Source: Candidatus Hermodarchaeota archaeon
GTDB taxonomy: Archaea > Asgardarchaeota > Lokiarchaeia > Sigyniarchaeales > SOKP01
Direction: 5' to 3'
NCBI GenBank assembly: GCA_048885535.1
Contig: JBHLLO010000001.1
Location: 1-64,000, forward strand
Length of the DNA: 64,000 nt
The translations under genes and the position numbers were made by a program. Below are positions 9,545-18,428 of this stretch, piece by piece (the first letter of the stretch is position 1; the number at the start of each line of letters is the position of its first letter). The notes under the pieces are model-generated. The model made no database searches. It was not told the origin of the DNA and saw only the letters and a list, made by a program, of their open reading frames with translations.

Positions 9545-11137
9545 TTAATAATTATAATGTATAGAGTTAAGGTCATTTATTACTTTTTCTCTTATTTTAC
9601 TATGTTCTATATGTGGTAAAAGCTCATCTACCAGATCTCGCAATTCAATTATCTTCTCAATAAGTAATTCACGTTTACTCCAGAGAGATTTTCTTAAAGG
9701 GTGGCTTTTAACTAATGCTCTATTATAATTTTCAATAGCTTCTTTATAGAAAAGACAAGCACTATCATAATTTTTTAGTCGTGTTTGGTATATTGTAGCA
9801 ATCTTATTATAACTCATGCCAGCTCCAGCATAGTCTTTTTCTTTTTCAAAATATATAGCTGAATTTTCTATTTTTTTTAATGCATCTTTTAATATCTGCC
9901 TATCACCAGTTTTTAGGGAGATATAGCCTATTATGTAATTTGCTACACCTAAATAGAATCGATAATCTTGTTGTTTAGAAAATTCATATAATTCATTTGC
10001 AAAACCTTCTGCTAAAACTAAATGATTATTTGACACACATAATTTAGCTACACTTCTTAGTAAATCCAAAACTCGTTCTATATTGCCCAGTTCTCTATAC
10101 TTTTCAATGCCTTGTCGGTATTTTTCTACTCCTGTAAATGTATCTTTACGTTGAAAGGCTTTATTGCCTTCATATATCAAAACTTCAGCATGTTCTTTTA
10201 CTTTAGACGAGAGAGAATTATCCTCTTCTTGGGTTGTGTCATAAAAAAGATTTTTGAAACCAAAAGACAAATCTTCATCAATGGGTATCTCAACTAAATC
10301 TTTTGGTTCTGTTCTGATATCTATCTCGGAGATATAATTTGAATCTTGATTTTCAAAATTTTCAGAATCTTTATAGTTTGAATCTAATTTAAAATCCTCT
10401 TTATAAGCTGATTGTAACGGTTTGCCAGAAGAAACTAATGCCGATAATTCTGATAGAACATTTGCAAAGAAGTACTTGTTCAATCCTTTAACCATATAAT
10501 CAACCTTATGAAAATTATTTTCAAATTCTGGAGCATTCGGATCCATATTTACATCTGTTAATCTATATATTTCAAACCCAGTATCATATTTGGTAAGAAT
10601 GTTATCACCGATCTTTTCTTCCTTCTTTTTCCCTAATAATGTATGATCGAACACTAATCCAATAGCATCATTATATTTTGCTTGAAATCCTAGTTGATTT
10701 ATTAAATCAACATAAGAAAAAAATAAAGACAAACCAGGATGAGAATGGAACCATCCTACAATAAAATGTGCCTGACCTTCACGATCTAATTGTTGTTGTA
10801 TTTCATCAATGAAAATATAATGTCTTTCATCCAAACTTACATCAGTATCGTGACCAAAAGTTAAAGCATAAGCATTTTCTACGTAAACAAAATCCTGATC
10901 AGAATAACCTGTTAAAATACCATATATTTCTTTCCAATCTTTAGATGGTATTGCTTGATTTGAATACCTGCTTGCGTATAATATTATTGTTTTATAAGCT
11001 TCCGCTTTAATAATTACAGGTTTACCAACACTTTCTTTTTCTAATTCTCCGTCCCTTAAATCATTATCCAAATCATCCATTAAATCTTTAGGTGATTCTT
11101 GATTTTCTTTATTTTCCCTTTCAAACTCTTCTGACAT
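9545..11137 (-). CDS. JAMM/MPN+ metalloprotease (Rpn11/CSN5-like) fused to C-terminal TPR/alpha-SNAP-like repeats
   Basis: KEIYG glutamate plus GWFHSHPGLSLFFSYVD, a complete E..HxH-x7-S-x2-D motif; C-terminal ~210 aa of helical hairpins. Confidence 0.85.
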   Translation of the reverse strand: MSEEFERENKENQESPKDLMDDLDNDLRDGELEKESVGKPVIIKAEAYKTIILYASRYSNQAIPSKDWKEIYGILTGYSDQDFVYVENAYALTFGHDTDVSLDERHYIFIDEIQQQLDREGQAHFIVGWFHSHPGLSLFFSYVDLINQLGFQAKYNDAIGLVFDHTLLGKKKEEKIGDNILTKYDTGFEIYRLTDVNMDPNAPEFENNFHKVDYMVKGLNKYFFANVLSELSALVSSGKPLQSAYKEDFKLDSNYKDSENFENQDSNYISEIDIRTEPKDLVEIPIDEDLSFGFKNLFYDTTQEEDNSLSSKVKEHAEVLIYEGNKAFQRKDTFTGVEKYRQGIEKYRELGNIERVLDLLRSVAKLCVSNNHLVLAEGFANELYEFSKQQDYRFYLGVANYIIGYISLKTGDRQILKDALKKIENSAIYFEKEKDYAGAGMSYNKIATIYQTRLKNYDSACLFYKEAIENYNRALVKSHPLRKSLWSKRELLIEKIIELRDLVDELLPHIEHSKIREKVINDLNSIHYNY

Positions 11138-11335
11138 TTTAAAATAATAAATCCTTAATTAAAACGGATAAATAATCCTTAAATTATAATAAAAGAATTA
11201 TTAAATAAAATTATGTGTTAACAAATTCAATATTTTTCCTCTTTTTTTCTTTAGCCTTTAGTGCCCAATTAAGTAACCTTTTTTTAGAGGACTTTAATCT
11301 TTGATACTTTTTGGAATTAGATTTACTGCTTCTTT

Positions 11336-11893
11336 CTATTTTTCTAAAATTGATTTTATAAATCTACTCTTAATTTGCATTGGAAGTAAGGGGATATTAT
11401 CTAACTCAGCATTTCCTGCTTCCACTTTAATTAAAACAAAATGACAACCTTCATCTAAACTCATCATGATGTTTTGGATATTTTTCTCTTCTTTTATTTT
11501 CACTACTGATTTAAAACCAGCTCCTTCTGCGATAATATCCAATCTAGTATTTTTACTTGTATAGGTTAACTGATCTCCTGTAGATCCATAAGATTCATTA
11601 TCAATTACAATTAAAGTCAGATTAGTTGGATTTACATTCGCAATAGTGCTTAAAGTGCCAAGATTCATAAGCAATGAACCATCTCCTTCGATACACCATA
11701 CTTTTTTTTCAGGTTGAGAAATAGCTAATCCAAGAGCAATTGATGAAGCTAAACCCATTGAACCCATCATATAGAAATTTTTCGCTCGATCTTTAAGATG
11801 ATACAATTCTTTAGATGGAATACCAATATTACATATTATAAATTCATCTTCCAAAATTTCCACAATCTTCTTTATTACATCAAATCTTTTCAT
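11336..11893 (-). CDS. comE: Sulfopyruvate (or phosphonopyruvate) decarboxylase beta subunit, TPP-binding
   Basis: NFYMMGSMGLASSIALG; TPP motif GDGSLLMN...DNESYGSTGDQ. Confidence 0.85.
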   Translation of the reverse strand: MKRFDVIKKIVEILEDEFIICNIGIPSKELYHLKDRAKNFYMMGSMGLASSIALGLAISQPEKKVWCIEGDGSLLMNLGTLSTIANVNPTNLTLIVIDNESYGSTGDQLTYTSKNTRLDIIAEGAGFKSVVKIKEEKNIQNIMMSLDEGCHFVLIKVEAGNAELDNIPLLPMQIKSRFIKSILEK

Positions 11894-12390
11894 GTACTAT
11901 CACTCCATAAAGATTTTTGCAGAAGTACACTAACTGAACTACAATGATTTTGACTATAGGAAATTGCTTCGTTTAACTTATAGATTTCATTTCTAGATTT
12001 TATAGACCAAGTCTTCATTCCAATGACTTTAAGTAGGTTCTGAGTAATTTCTCCCATTGGTTTCTGCGCTAAGATTTCTTCGTCTTTACCACCTCTATGA
12101 CTTATTATGAAAATTACTGGAATATCATATAATTCCAAAAGAGATTTGATAGCATTAACTGAATTTCCCAAACCTGAATTCTGCATTAATATTACTGGAA
12201 ATTTTCCTCCCATGTAAGCACCCGCCGCAATACCGACCCCCTCTTCTTCACGTGTCAAAGAAATATGCAATATTTCGTTTCTTTCATTTATCAAATTTAA
12301 GAGTCCCTTTAATAAAATACAAGGTAATGATAAAATTAGATTTATTCCTGATTCTTTTATACAATTATATAATTCTAAATCAATTTTCAT
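11890..12390 (-). CDS. comD: Sulfopyruvate decarboxylase alpha subunit
   Basis: LPC, TREEEGVGIAAGAY, MQNSGLGNSVNA, SHRG; 4-bp ATGA overlap with comE. Confidence 0.85.
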   Translation of the reverse strand: MKIDLELYNCIKESGINLILSLPCILLKGLLNLINERNEILHISLTREEEGVGIAAGAYMGGKFPVILMQNSGLGNSVNAIKSLLELYDIPVIFIISHRGGKDEEILAQKPMGEITQNLLKVIGMKTWSIKSRNEIYKLNEAISYSQNHCSSVSVLLQKSLWSDST

Positions 12391-12487
12391 AAAGTTGAGG
12401 AATTTAGTTTCATTGAACTATATTCATTAGTAAATAAACAACTAAAAATTTTAACATCTAAATTTTACAAGCACAAATAAGAACATA

Positions 12488-13399
12488 CTATACTTTCTTT
12501 TTTTTTTTTCGTGAGCCGCCTCCTATTCCAAGGTCTCCAAGGCTAACGTTAGTATCACCACAAATGATAGCTAATACGATAATAATAAGAATGACGACTA
12601 CAATAACCACTGCGATTATTAGTGCTAATAATAATATACCTTCAACTTTATAAAGAATAAATATCCATGGTTTAGTTTCATTTTTTTGCACAGCTTTAGC
12701 TCCATAAAACATTATTACTAAAGAAGCAGTTAATAAATATGCTAGAGTAATCGGGATTGTTAATAAGAAATTCTGTATATCAAAAATAATTATAAATAAT
12801 ATTTCAAATACGGCAAGCCCTATAAGAAAGATAATTATATGTGCCCATAAATATCCCTTGGCAAAATATTTGTCTCTCAAACTATAGGCTACTAAAGATA
12901 CTAAAATTGTAGCTCCAACTGTTAAAGTGAGGAACATATGAACTTGAAGTAAAAACCCTGTCAACATTATTATAGGAAGACTAATAATTCCTGCTATAAA
13001 ACAAAATATAAAGAAAATACTCAGCCCTAAATAAGTTTTGTTAGCTTTAGACACGAAATAAAACAATAAAAATAAAACCCCCTCAAGAATAATAGCAAAA
13101 ATGTAAATAGTCAAAAATATCACTGTAAATTCAAATTCTATAAAGACAAAGCTGAAGATTATTTCACCGGATAACCAAATAAGTGAACCTATTAATAAAA
13201 TAGGTAATATTTTTAGCTGGAATATTTTACGTTGTGATAAAGTCAGAAGATATTTCGATTCTCTTTTAGAAATACTTTTATCTATCACCTGTAGATTGGA
13301 ATCTTTTTCAGCTTCTTGCTCCATAGGTTTACCGCAATTAGTACAATATCGATTTTCTTTTTTTAAAGGAGTACCACAAAATGTACATAATTTCTTAAT
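12488..13399 (-). CDS. Double zinc ribbon plus ~7-TM Bax-inhibitor-1/YccA-like membrane protein (start extended to a probable ATT)
   Basis: In frame upstream of ATG 13324: IKKLCTFCGTPLKKENRYCTNCGKP; about 7 hydrophobic helices with BI-1-like spacing. Confidence 0.6.
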   Translation of the reverse strand: MKKLCTFCGTPLKKENRYCTNCGKPMEQEAEKDSNLQVIDKSISKRESKYLLTLSQRKIFQLKILPILLIGSLIWLSGEIIFSFVFIEFEFTVIFLTIYIFAIILEGVLFLLFYFVSKANKTYLGLSIFFIFCFIAGIISLPIIMLTGFLLQVHMFLTLTVGATILVSLVAYSLRDKYFAKGYLWAHIIIFLIGLAVFEILFIIIFDIQNFLLTIPITLAYLLTASLVIMFYGAKAVQKNETKPWIFILYKVEGILLLALIIAVVIVVVILIIIVLAIICGDTNVSLGDLGIGGGSRKKKKKV

Positions 13400-13576
13400 A
13401 GGGATTTCACCACATTCTAGTCATTTAGTAAAAATTTACAAAATTATAAATTAAATATCAATAATCTTAATAAATATTTATAGATATTTCATCTTCTATA
13501 CAAAATAACCTTTTAAAATTGATTTCTCTAAAAGATAGATTAAGATATAATCAACTTAATTTTTATTAATGGGTTT

Positions 13577-14794
13577 CTATATTACACCTGCTTTTTTAAA
13601 CTTTTTAACATCTTCGTCAGTGTAATCTAAATTTTTTAATATTTCTATTGTATCCTGACCAATCTTAGGAGCTAGGCTTCTTATAGTTAATGGAGTCCTT
13701 GAGTATTTAATTGGGGATGCAACATTTTGAATTTTTCCAAATTTAGGATGATCAAGTTCAACTATCATTTTCCTTTCCTTTATTTGTGGATCATTACAAG
13801 CCTCATTGAAACTTTTTACTGGCATAACACAAGCGTCTCTATTAATAAAAATTTTCATCCACTCATCTTGAGTTTTTTTTAAAAACTCTTTTTGCATTTC
13901 TTGAAAAGTTTCTTCTTTTTCGTCATCTAAAGCATTACCTTTAGGAATTAAATCTTCTCTACCAATACCCTTACAGATCTCGCGCCAAAACTTAATTTCA
14001 ATCGCTCCAATAGATAAATATTTGTCATCTTTAGTTTTAAAAACTGTATAAAAAGGAAAATCCCCATGAAGTGGATTTTTAGGTTGAATATTACTATCAT
14101 TTATATATTTTGAAAATTCGAAAGCTGCTGCCATTGGCATAAAAGAAAAAACACAATCCGTCATAGAAATATCAATATATTGTCCTTTTTTACCTTTATT
14201 TTTATCTCTCTCGATTATTGCTGCTAAAATACTAATTACTGACACTAATCCACCTCCAATATCTGCTGCTTGTATTCCTGGCACAATTGGTTTTCTTTCT
14301 TGATCGTTCTTGCCGAAAAATTCACGCTCTTTATTTAGATCTAGAATTCCACATATTCCAATATAATTTAAGTCATGCCCAGCAATTTGTTCATATGGAC
14401 CATATTGACCATATCCAGTTAGTGAACAATAAATGATAGATGGATTTATTTCAGATACGGTATCATAATCAATTTTTAAGTTTTTAGTCACCTTTGGACG
14501 AAATGTTTCTAAAATAATATCTGCTTTCTGTACTAATTTATAAAAAATTTTTATAGCACCCTCCTTTTTTAGATTAAGCGAAATTGATTTCTTATTCCGC
14601 ATTAAAATTGAATTAAAAGCACTTTCTCTATAACGCCCTTTCTGAAAAAAGGGAGGGGGATTTCCATATGGAAATCTTGGATCATTGATATGAATAACTT
14701 GGGCCCCTAAATCTGCTAATATCATAGAACAGTAAGGTCCAGGAAGCAGACGACTCAAATCTAATACTAAAATATTCTCTAAAGGCAAAACCAT
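13577..14794 (-). CDS. Family III CoA-transferase (CaiB/BaiF, AMACR-like)
   Basis: VLDLSRLLPGPYCSMILADLGA, RNKKSI, ETFRP, SLTGYGQYGP, GHDLNY, ADIGGG. Confidence 0.92.
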   Translation of the reverse strand: MVLPLENILVLDLSRLLPGPYCSMILADLGAQVIHINDPRFPYGNPPPFFQKGRYRESAFNSILMRNKKSISLNLKKEGAIKIFYKLVQKADIILETFRPKVTKNLKIDYDTVSEINPSIIYCSLTGYGQYGPYEQIAGHDLNYIGICGILDLNKEREFFGKNDQERKPIVPGIQAADIGGGLVSVISILAAIIERDKNKGKKGQYIDISMTDCVFSFMPMAAAFEFSKYINDSNIQPKNPLHGDFPFYTVFKTKDDKYLSIGAIEIKFWREICKGIGREDLIPKGNALDDEKEETFQEMQKEFLKKTQDEWMKIFINRDACVMPVKSFNEACNDPQIKERKMIVELDHPKFGKIQNVASPIKYSRTPLTIRSLAPKIGQDTIEILKNLDYTDEDVKKFKKAGVI

Positions 14795-14850
14795 AATAAA
14801 GATAAATGGAAAATTATTAAAAAAGCCTTTTTAAATTTTAAAAAATAAAA

Positions 14851-15363
14851 TTATAGATATATAATTTCAGTTTCTAATTTCTGTGTATCTATTAATGCAA
14901 AAGAGCCTTGTCCTGTTAAATAACCACACAACTCTCCAGGATTGACTATTAAAACTTCATTACTATACTTCTCATTTACAATTGAATGAGTATGACCTGA
15001 TAGTATAATATTAAAGTTTCCAGAACTAGCTAAAGCTTCGATAGTTTCTTTTTTTGGCATATGGGACGCAAAAATTTTTTTTCCATCAAAATCTTTAATT
15101 AGTTCATGTCCATTCTCAGCAAATTTGCATATATCACCAAGATTTTTTTTCAAAAATACATGATCACCGTCGTTATTTCCAAATACACCATAGAAATTTT
15201 CCTTTATTGGCTGATTTAAGTTATTGAACCATTTTCTTGTAAAAGGGGAGCAATAATCACCGCAATGAATTAATAAATCTGCTTTTCTTTCATTCATGAT
15301 TGAAACTGCCTTTAAAATGTTATTTTGATGGTCATGGGTATCTGAAATTACTGCTAACTTCAA
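14851..15363 (-). CDS. YfcE/MJ0936/Vps29-family metallophosphoesterase
   Basis: SDTH, HCGD, GNND, SH, GHTH, NPGE. Confidence 0.9.
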   Translation of the reverse strand: MKLAVISDTHDHQNNILKAVSIMNERKADLLIHCGDYCSPFTRKWFNNLNQPIKENFYGVFGNNDGDHVFLKKNLGDICKFAENGHELIKDFDGKKIFASHMPKKETIEALASSGNFNIILSGHTHSIVNEKYSNEVLIVNPGELCGYLTGQGSFALIDTQKLETEIIYL

Positions 15364-15501
15364 CTCAACAACACCTCAATTCGATTTATTTGAATTAATT
15401 ATTTATTGTAATAAAAACCATAAAAATATTGTTTAGGTAAAAAGTTATATTGTAAGGTTTAATATATTTATAGCATAAAACATGAAAAAGTTGTATGCTC
15501 A

Positions 15502-16578
15502 ATGATTGAAGAATTCCTTAATAGAGAAAAATTAGCTATTGATGCTGAATTGGAGAAATACTTCAATGGTCTTAATGAAATGGAACAAGAAATTCTCCTA
15601 AAAGATTTTATTTCTCAATTAAAGGAATTTATATTTAATAAGAAAGCAAAAAGATTACATCCCATATTATTAATTGCTAGTTTTATAGGAATTATAAATC
15701 CTAATTATTTGAGTGAGCAGATTGACCAAATTAGGTATGTTTCCTTAGCAATGGAATTATTACATAGCGGACATCTAATCCATGATGATCTTATAGATGA
15801 AGAGGAACTGAGGAGATCTAAACCAACTTTCCATATTCAACTGAAAAAAGAATTAGAAAGCGTATATAAAAATCTTGATTTTCCCCATAAGGATGATTTG
15901 ATTAATATGTATGGAAGGGATATGAGTATCTTAGGTGGAACTCATGGATATCTACTAGGACTTAATGTAATTAAAAATTCAAAATTTCCTAATAATTTAA
16001 AGCTATTTGCAATAAATGAATATACTGAAGCAATGGATTTTTTAATTAAGGGGCATATAATTGAAGAATATATGCATTATCATAATTTAACAATGACATT
16101 AGAACAATATCTCAATATTGCTGAAATGCAAAGAGCAAGACTTTTTGAAAAGTCAGCTAAAATAGGAGCAATTCTAGCAAAGGGGAATTTGCATTATCAA
16201 ATAAAGCCATTAAGTGAGGCTCTGTTGAGAATTGGACAAGCTTCTGCTATTAGGGATGATATTCTTGATGTGAAAAATGATATAAAGAGGAAAATAAAGA
16301 AGAATTTCGTTTACATTTTAGCAATTCAGAATTCAAATGAGGACCAATCAAAAAAGTTGAATGAGATTTATCACAAAGATAATTTAACAAATGATGATAT
16401 AAAACATGTAGAAAACATTTTTGCTCAGACAAATTCTGTAATTACAGCAGAGCATTTTTCAAAAAACTTGGTTTCCCAAGCAAAAAATTACTTGAAAGAC
16501 ATTTATCCTGATTTAAATAAAGAACAGAAAGTTTTTTTTAATGAATTCTCTGATTACATATACATGAGAGAATTTTAG
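15502..16578 (+). CDS. Trans-isoprenyl diphosphate synthase family protein (divergent)
   Basis: ELLHSGHLIHDDLIDEEELRRSKPT (FARM), RDDILD (SARM). Confidence 0.8.
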   Translation: MIEEFLNREKLAIDAELEKYFNGLNEMEQEILLKDFISQLKEFIFNKKAKRLHPILLIASFIGIINPNYLSEQIDQIRYVSLAMELLHSGHLIHDDLIDEEELRRSKPTFHIQLKKELESVYKNLDFPHKDDLINMYGRDMSILGGTHGYLLGLNVIKNSKFPNNLKLFAINEYTEAMDFLIKGHIIEEYMHYHNLTMTLEQYLNIAEMQRARLFEKSAKIGAILAKGNLHYQIKPLSEALLRIGQASAIRDDILDVKNDIKRKIKKNFVYILAIQNSNEDQSKKLNEIYHKDNLTNDDIKHVENIFAQTNSVITAEHFSKNLVSQAKNYLKDIYPDLNKEQKVFFNEFSDYIYMREF

Positions 16579-16592
16579 GGTTATCTTATATT

Positions 16593-17195
16593 TTAAAATA
16601 CTATAAAATTGGAGCTCTGCTTTTTAAGCATTAAATTACTTAACTTCTTAAATACTTCTACAACATTATAGTTTTCTAAGGAAGATGTTTTATAAAACCC
16701 ATCCAATTCTTCCTTTTCAGCAAAATCATTAATTAAATTATCATCAACAATTTCTTCTAAGGAAGAATTTTCAACTAAGTCGAATTTACTCCCAACTAAA
16801 ATTTTTGGAATTTGAGAACCATTGGCATATTTTTTCAACTGATCACACCAAAAATCTAATTGTGTAAATGAATTCTTATTTACTAAATCAAAGACTAATA
16901 GTGCCCCATTAGCACCTCCTAGAAATTTTGGAATTAATGGTTTGAATCTATCTTGACCTCCAAAATCAAAAATTGAGTTAACAATATAGTTTTCCCCAAA
17001 CATATCAATTCGATCCTGATGGTTTATTTTTAAGTTTATAGAATGAAAATTGATACCAATAGTCATTGATGTGTCAAAATTAAATGAGTTAAAACAAAAT
17101 CTATTGAACAGACATGTTTTACCAACAGAAGGCCCTCCTATAATTACTGTTTTAAAATTAAAAATTATTCTTTTTTCTTGTTCCTGGGTTCTCAT
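16593..17195 (-). CDS. Rab-like small GTPase
   Basis: GGPSVGKT, TIG, DFGGQDRF, LLVFDL, SKFD (G4 variant), TSS. Confidence 0.9.
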   Translation of the reverse strand: MRTQEQEKRIIFNFKTVIIGGPSVGKTCLFNRFCFNSFNFDTSMTIGINFHSINLKINHQDRIDMFGENYIVNSIFDFGGQDRFKPLIPKFLGGANGALLVFDLVNKNSFTQLDFWCDQLKKYANGSQIPKILVGSKFDLVENSSLEEIVDDNLINDFAEKEELDGFYKTSSLENYNVVEVFKKLSNLMLKKQSSNFIVF

Positions 17196-17362
17196 AGAAT
17201 TAAAATCCTACTATAATGAAGCTCTTAATTTTAAAAAATGATTCTCTTAAAAAACTAAATTTTACTTTTAAAAAAAAATTAATTAAATTTCTTTTTCATT
17301 ATAATACTTAATTCTTAATTGGAAGATGGTTTAATTACATTAATATATTAATTAATATATAA

Positions 17363-18292
17363 ATGGAAGATACAGAGTTAAAAGTAGTCCCTACAGAATA
17401 TATTGTTATTCGCCCTCCAATTGAAGGTAGTTCACATTCAGTTCTAATCCCTGTCACTGGTGGTTGCTCATGGAATCGTTGCGCTTTCTGTGGGACCTAT
17501 AAAGGAATGTATAATGGGATAGTACAGAAATATGCCATACGTCCATTAGAAGAAGTATTACACGATATTGATTACTACGCAGAACATAACTATCATAACT
17601 TTCCTGTATTTTTAGCAGGAGGAAACCCTACTTCTGCTCCTACAGATTATCTTGTTAAAATTATAAAATATATAAGAATGAAAATTAGAGATGTTCCTAG
17701 GGTAAGTTGTTATGCTAAAGCCTTAGATATTCTACGAAAATCTGATGATGAACTTAAAGAATTAGCAGAAGCAGGATTAGATATCGTTTACATGGGATTA
17801 GAAAGTGGGAGTAGTATTATATTAAAGAAGATGAAAAAGGGAACTAACGCTGAGTCAATGATTAAAGCAGGGAAACGTGTTCTCAATGCTGGAATAAAAC
17901 TAAGTCTATATATAATTCTAGGGTTAGGAGGAAAAAAACTGTCAAAAGAGCATGTGAAAGAAACAGCTAGAGTTATAACAGAAATAAATCCCACTATTTT
18001 TAGGTTCCGAACTTTAAATATTGTTCCATTTTCAGATCTTTTTAAGGAATATAACAACGGTGAATTCGAGTTATTGAGTCCTGTCGAAAATCTCATTGAA
18101 GAGAGAGAGATTATTGCAAATTTAGGTGAAAACGTGACTTCTGAGGTATATAATGATCATTTTATAAATTATTGTGATTTCGAATCTCAAAATATAAAAA
18201 ATGATAGAAAACTCTTTCTTAAGGCTCTTGATGCTCTAATTGAAAATCCTAAAATTCAATCATTACCAAGAATAAACTATACAAGATTGTAA
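17363..18292 (+). CDS. Radical SAM protein (same family as 7793-8716)
   Basis: RPPIEGSS, CSWNRCAFC, YMGLESGS, NDHFIN. Confidence 0.88.
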   Translation: MEDTELKVVPTEYIVIRPPIEGSSHSVLIPVTGGCSWNRCAFCGTYKGMYNGIVQKYAIRPLEEVLHDIDYYAEHNYHNFPVFLAGGNPTSAPTDYLVKIIKYIRMKIRDVPRVSCYAKALDILRKSDDELKELAEAGLDIVYMGLESGSSIILKKMKKGTNAESMIKAGKRVLNAGIKLSLYIILGLGGKKLSKEHVKETARVITEINPTIFRFRTLNIVPFSDLFKEYNNGEFELLSPVENLIEEREIIANLGENVTSEVYNDHFINYCDFESQNIKNDRKLFLKALDALIENPKIQSLPRINYTRL

Positions 18293-18428
18293 TCTACAAT
18301 TGATGAAAACTATATATTTATCATATTATAAATTGATAAAGTTTTATAATATGTTGCTTCTTTATTAATAATATTTAAATCTTAAATCAAATTGAATCAA
18401 ATCTTTAAAATCATTCAGAAGGATAAAA

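Noticed and set aside
11211-11333. Short basic minus-strand frame KYQRLKSSKKRLLNWALKAKEKKRKNIEF, faintly like YdeI/OmdA C-termini
   Set aside because: No start codon and only about 40 codons of A-rich sequence; similarity too weak to call
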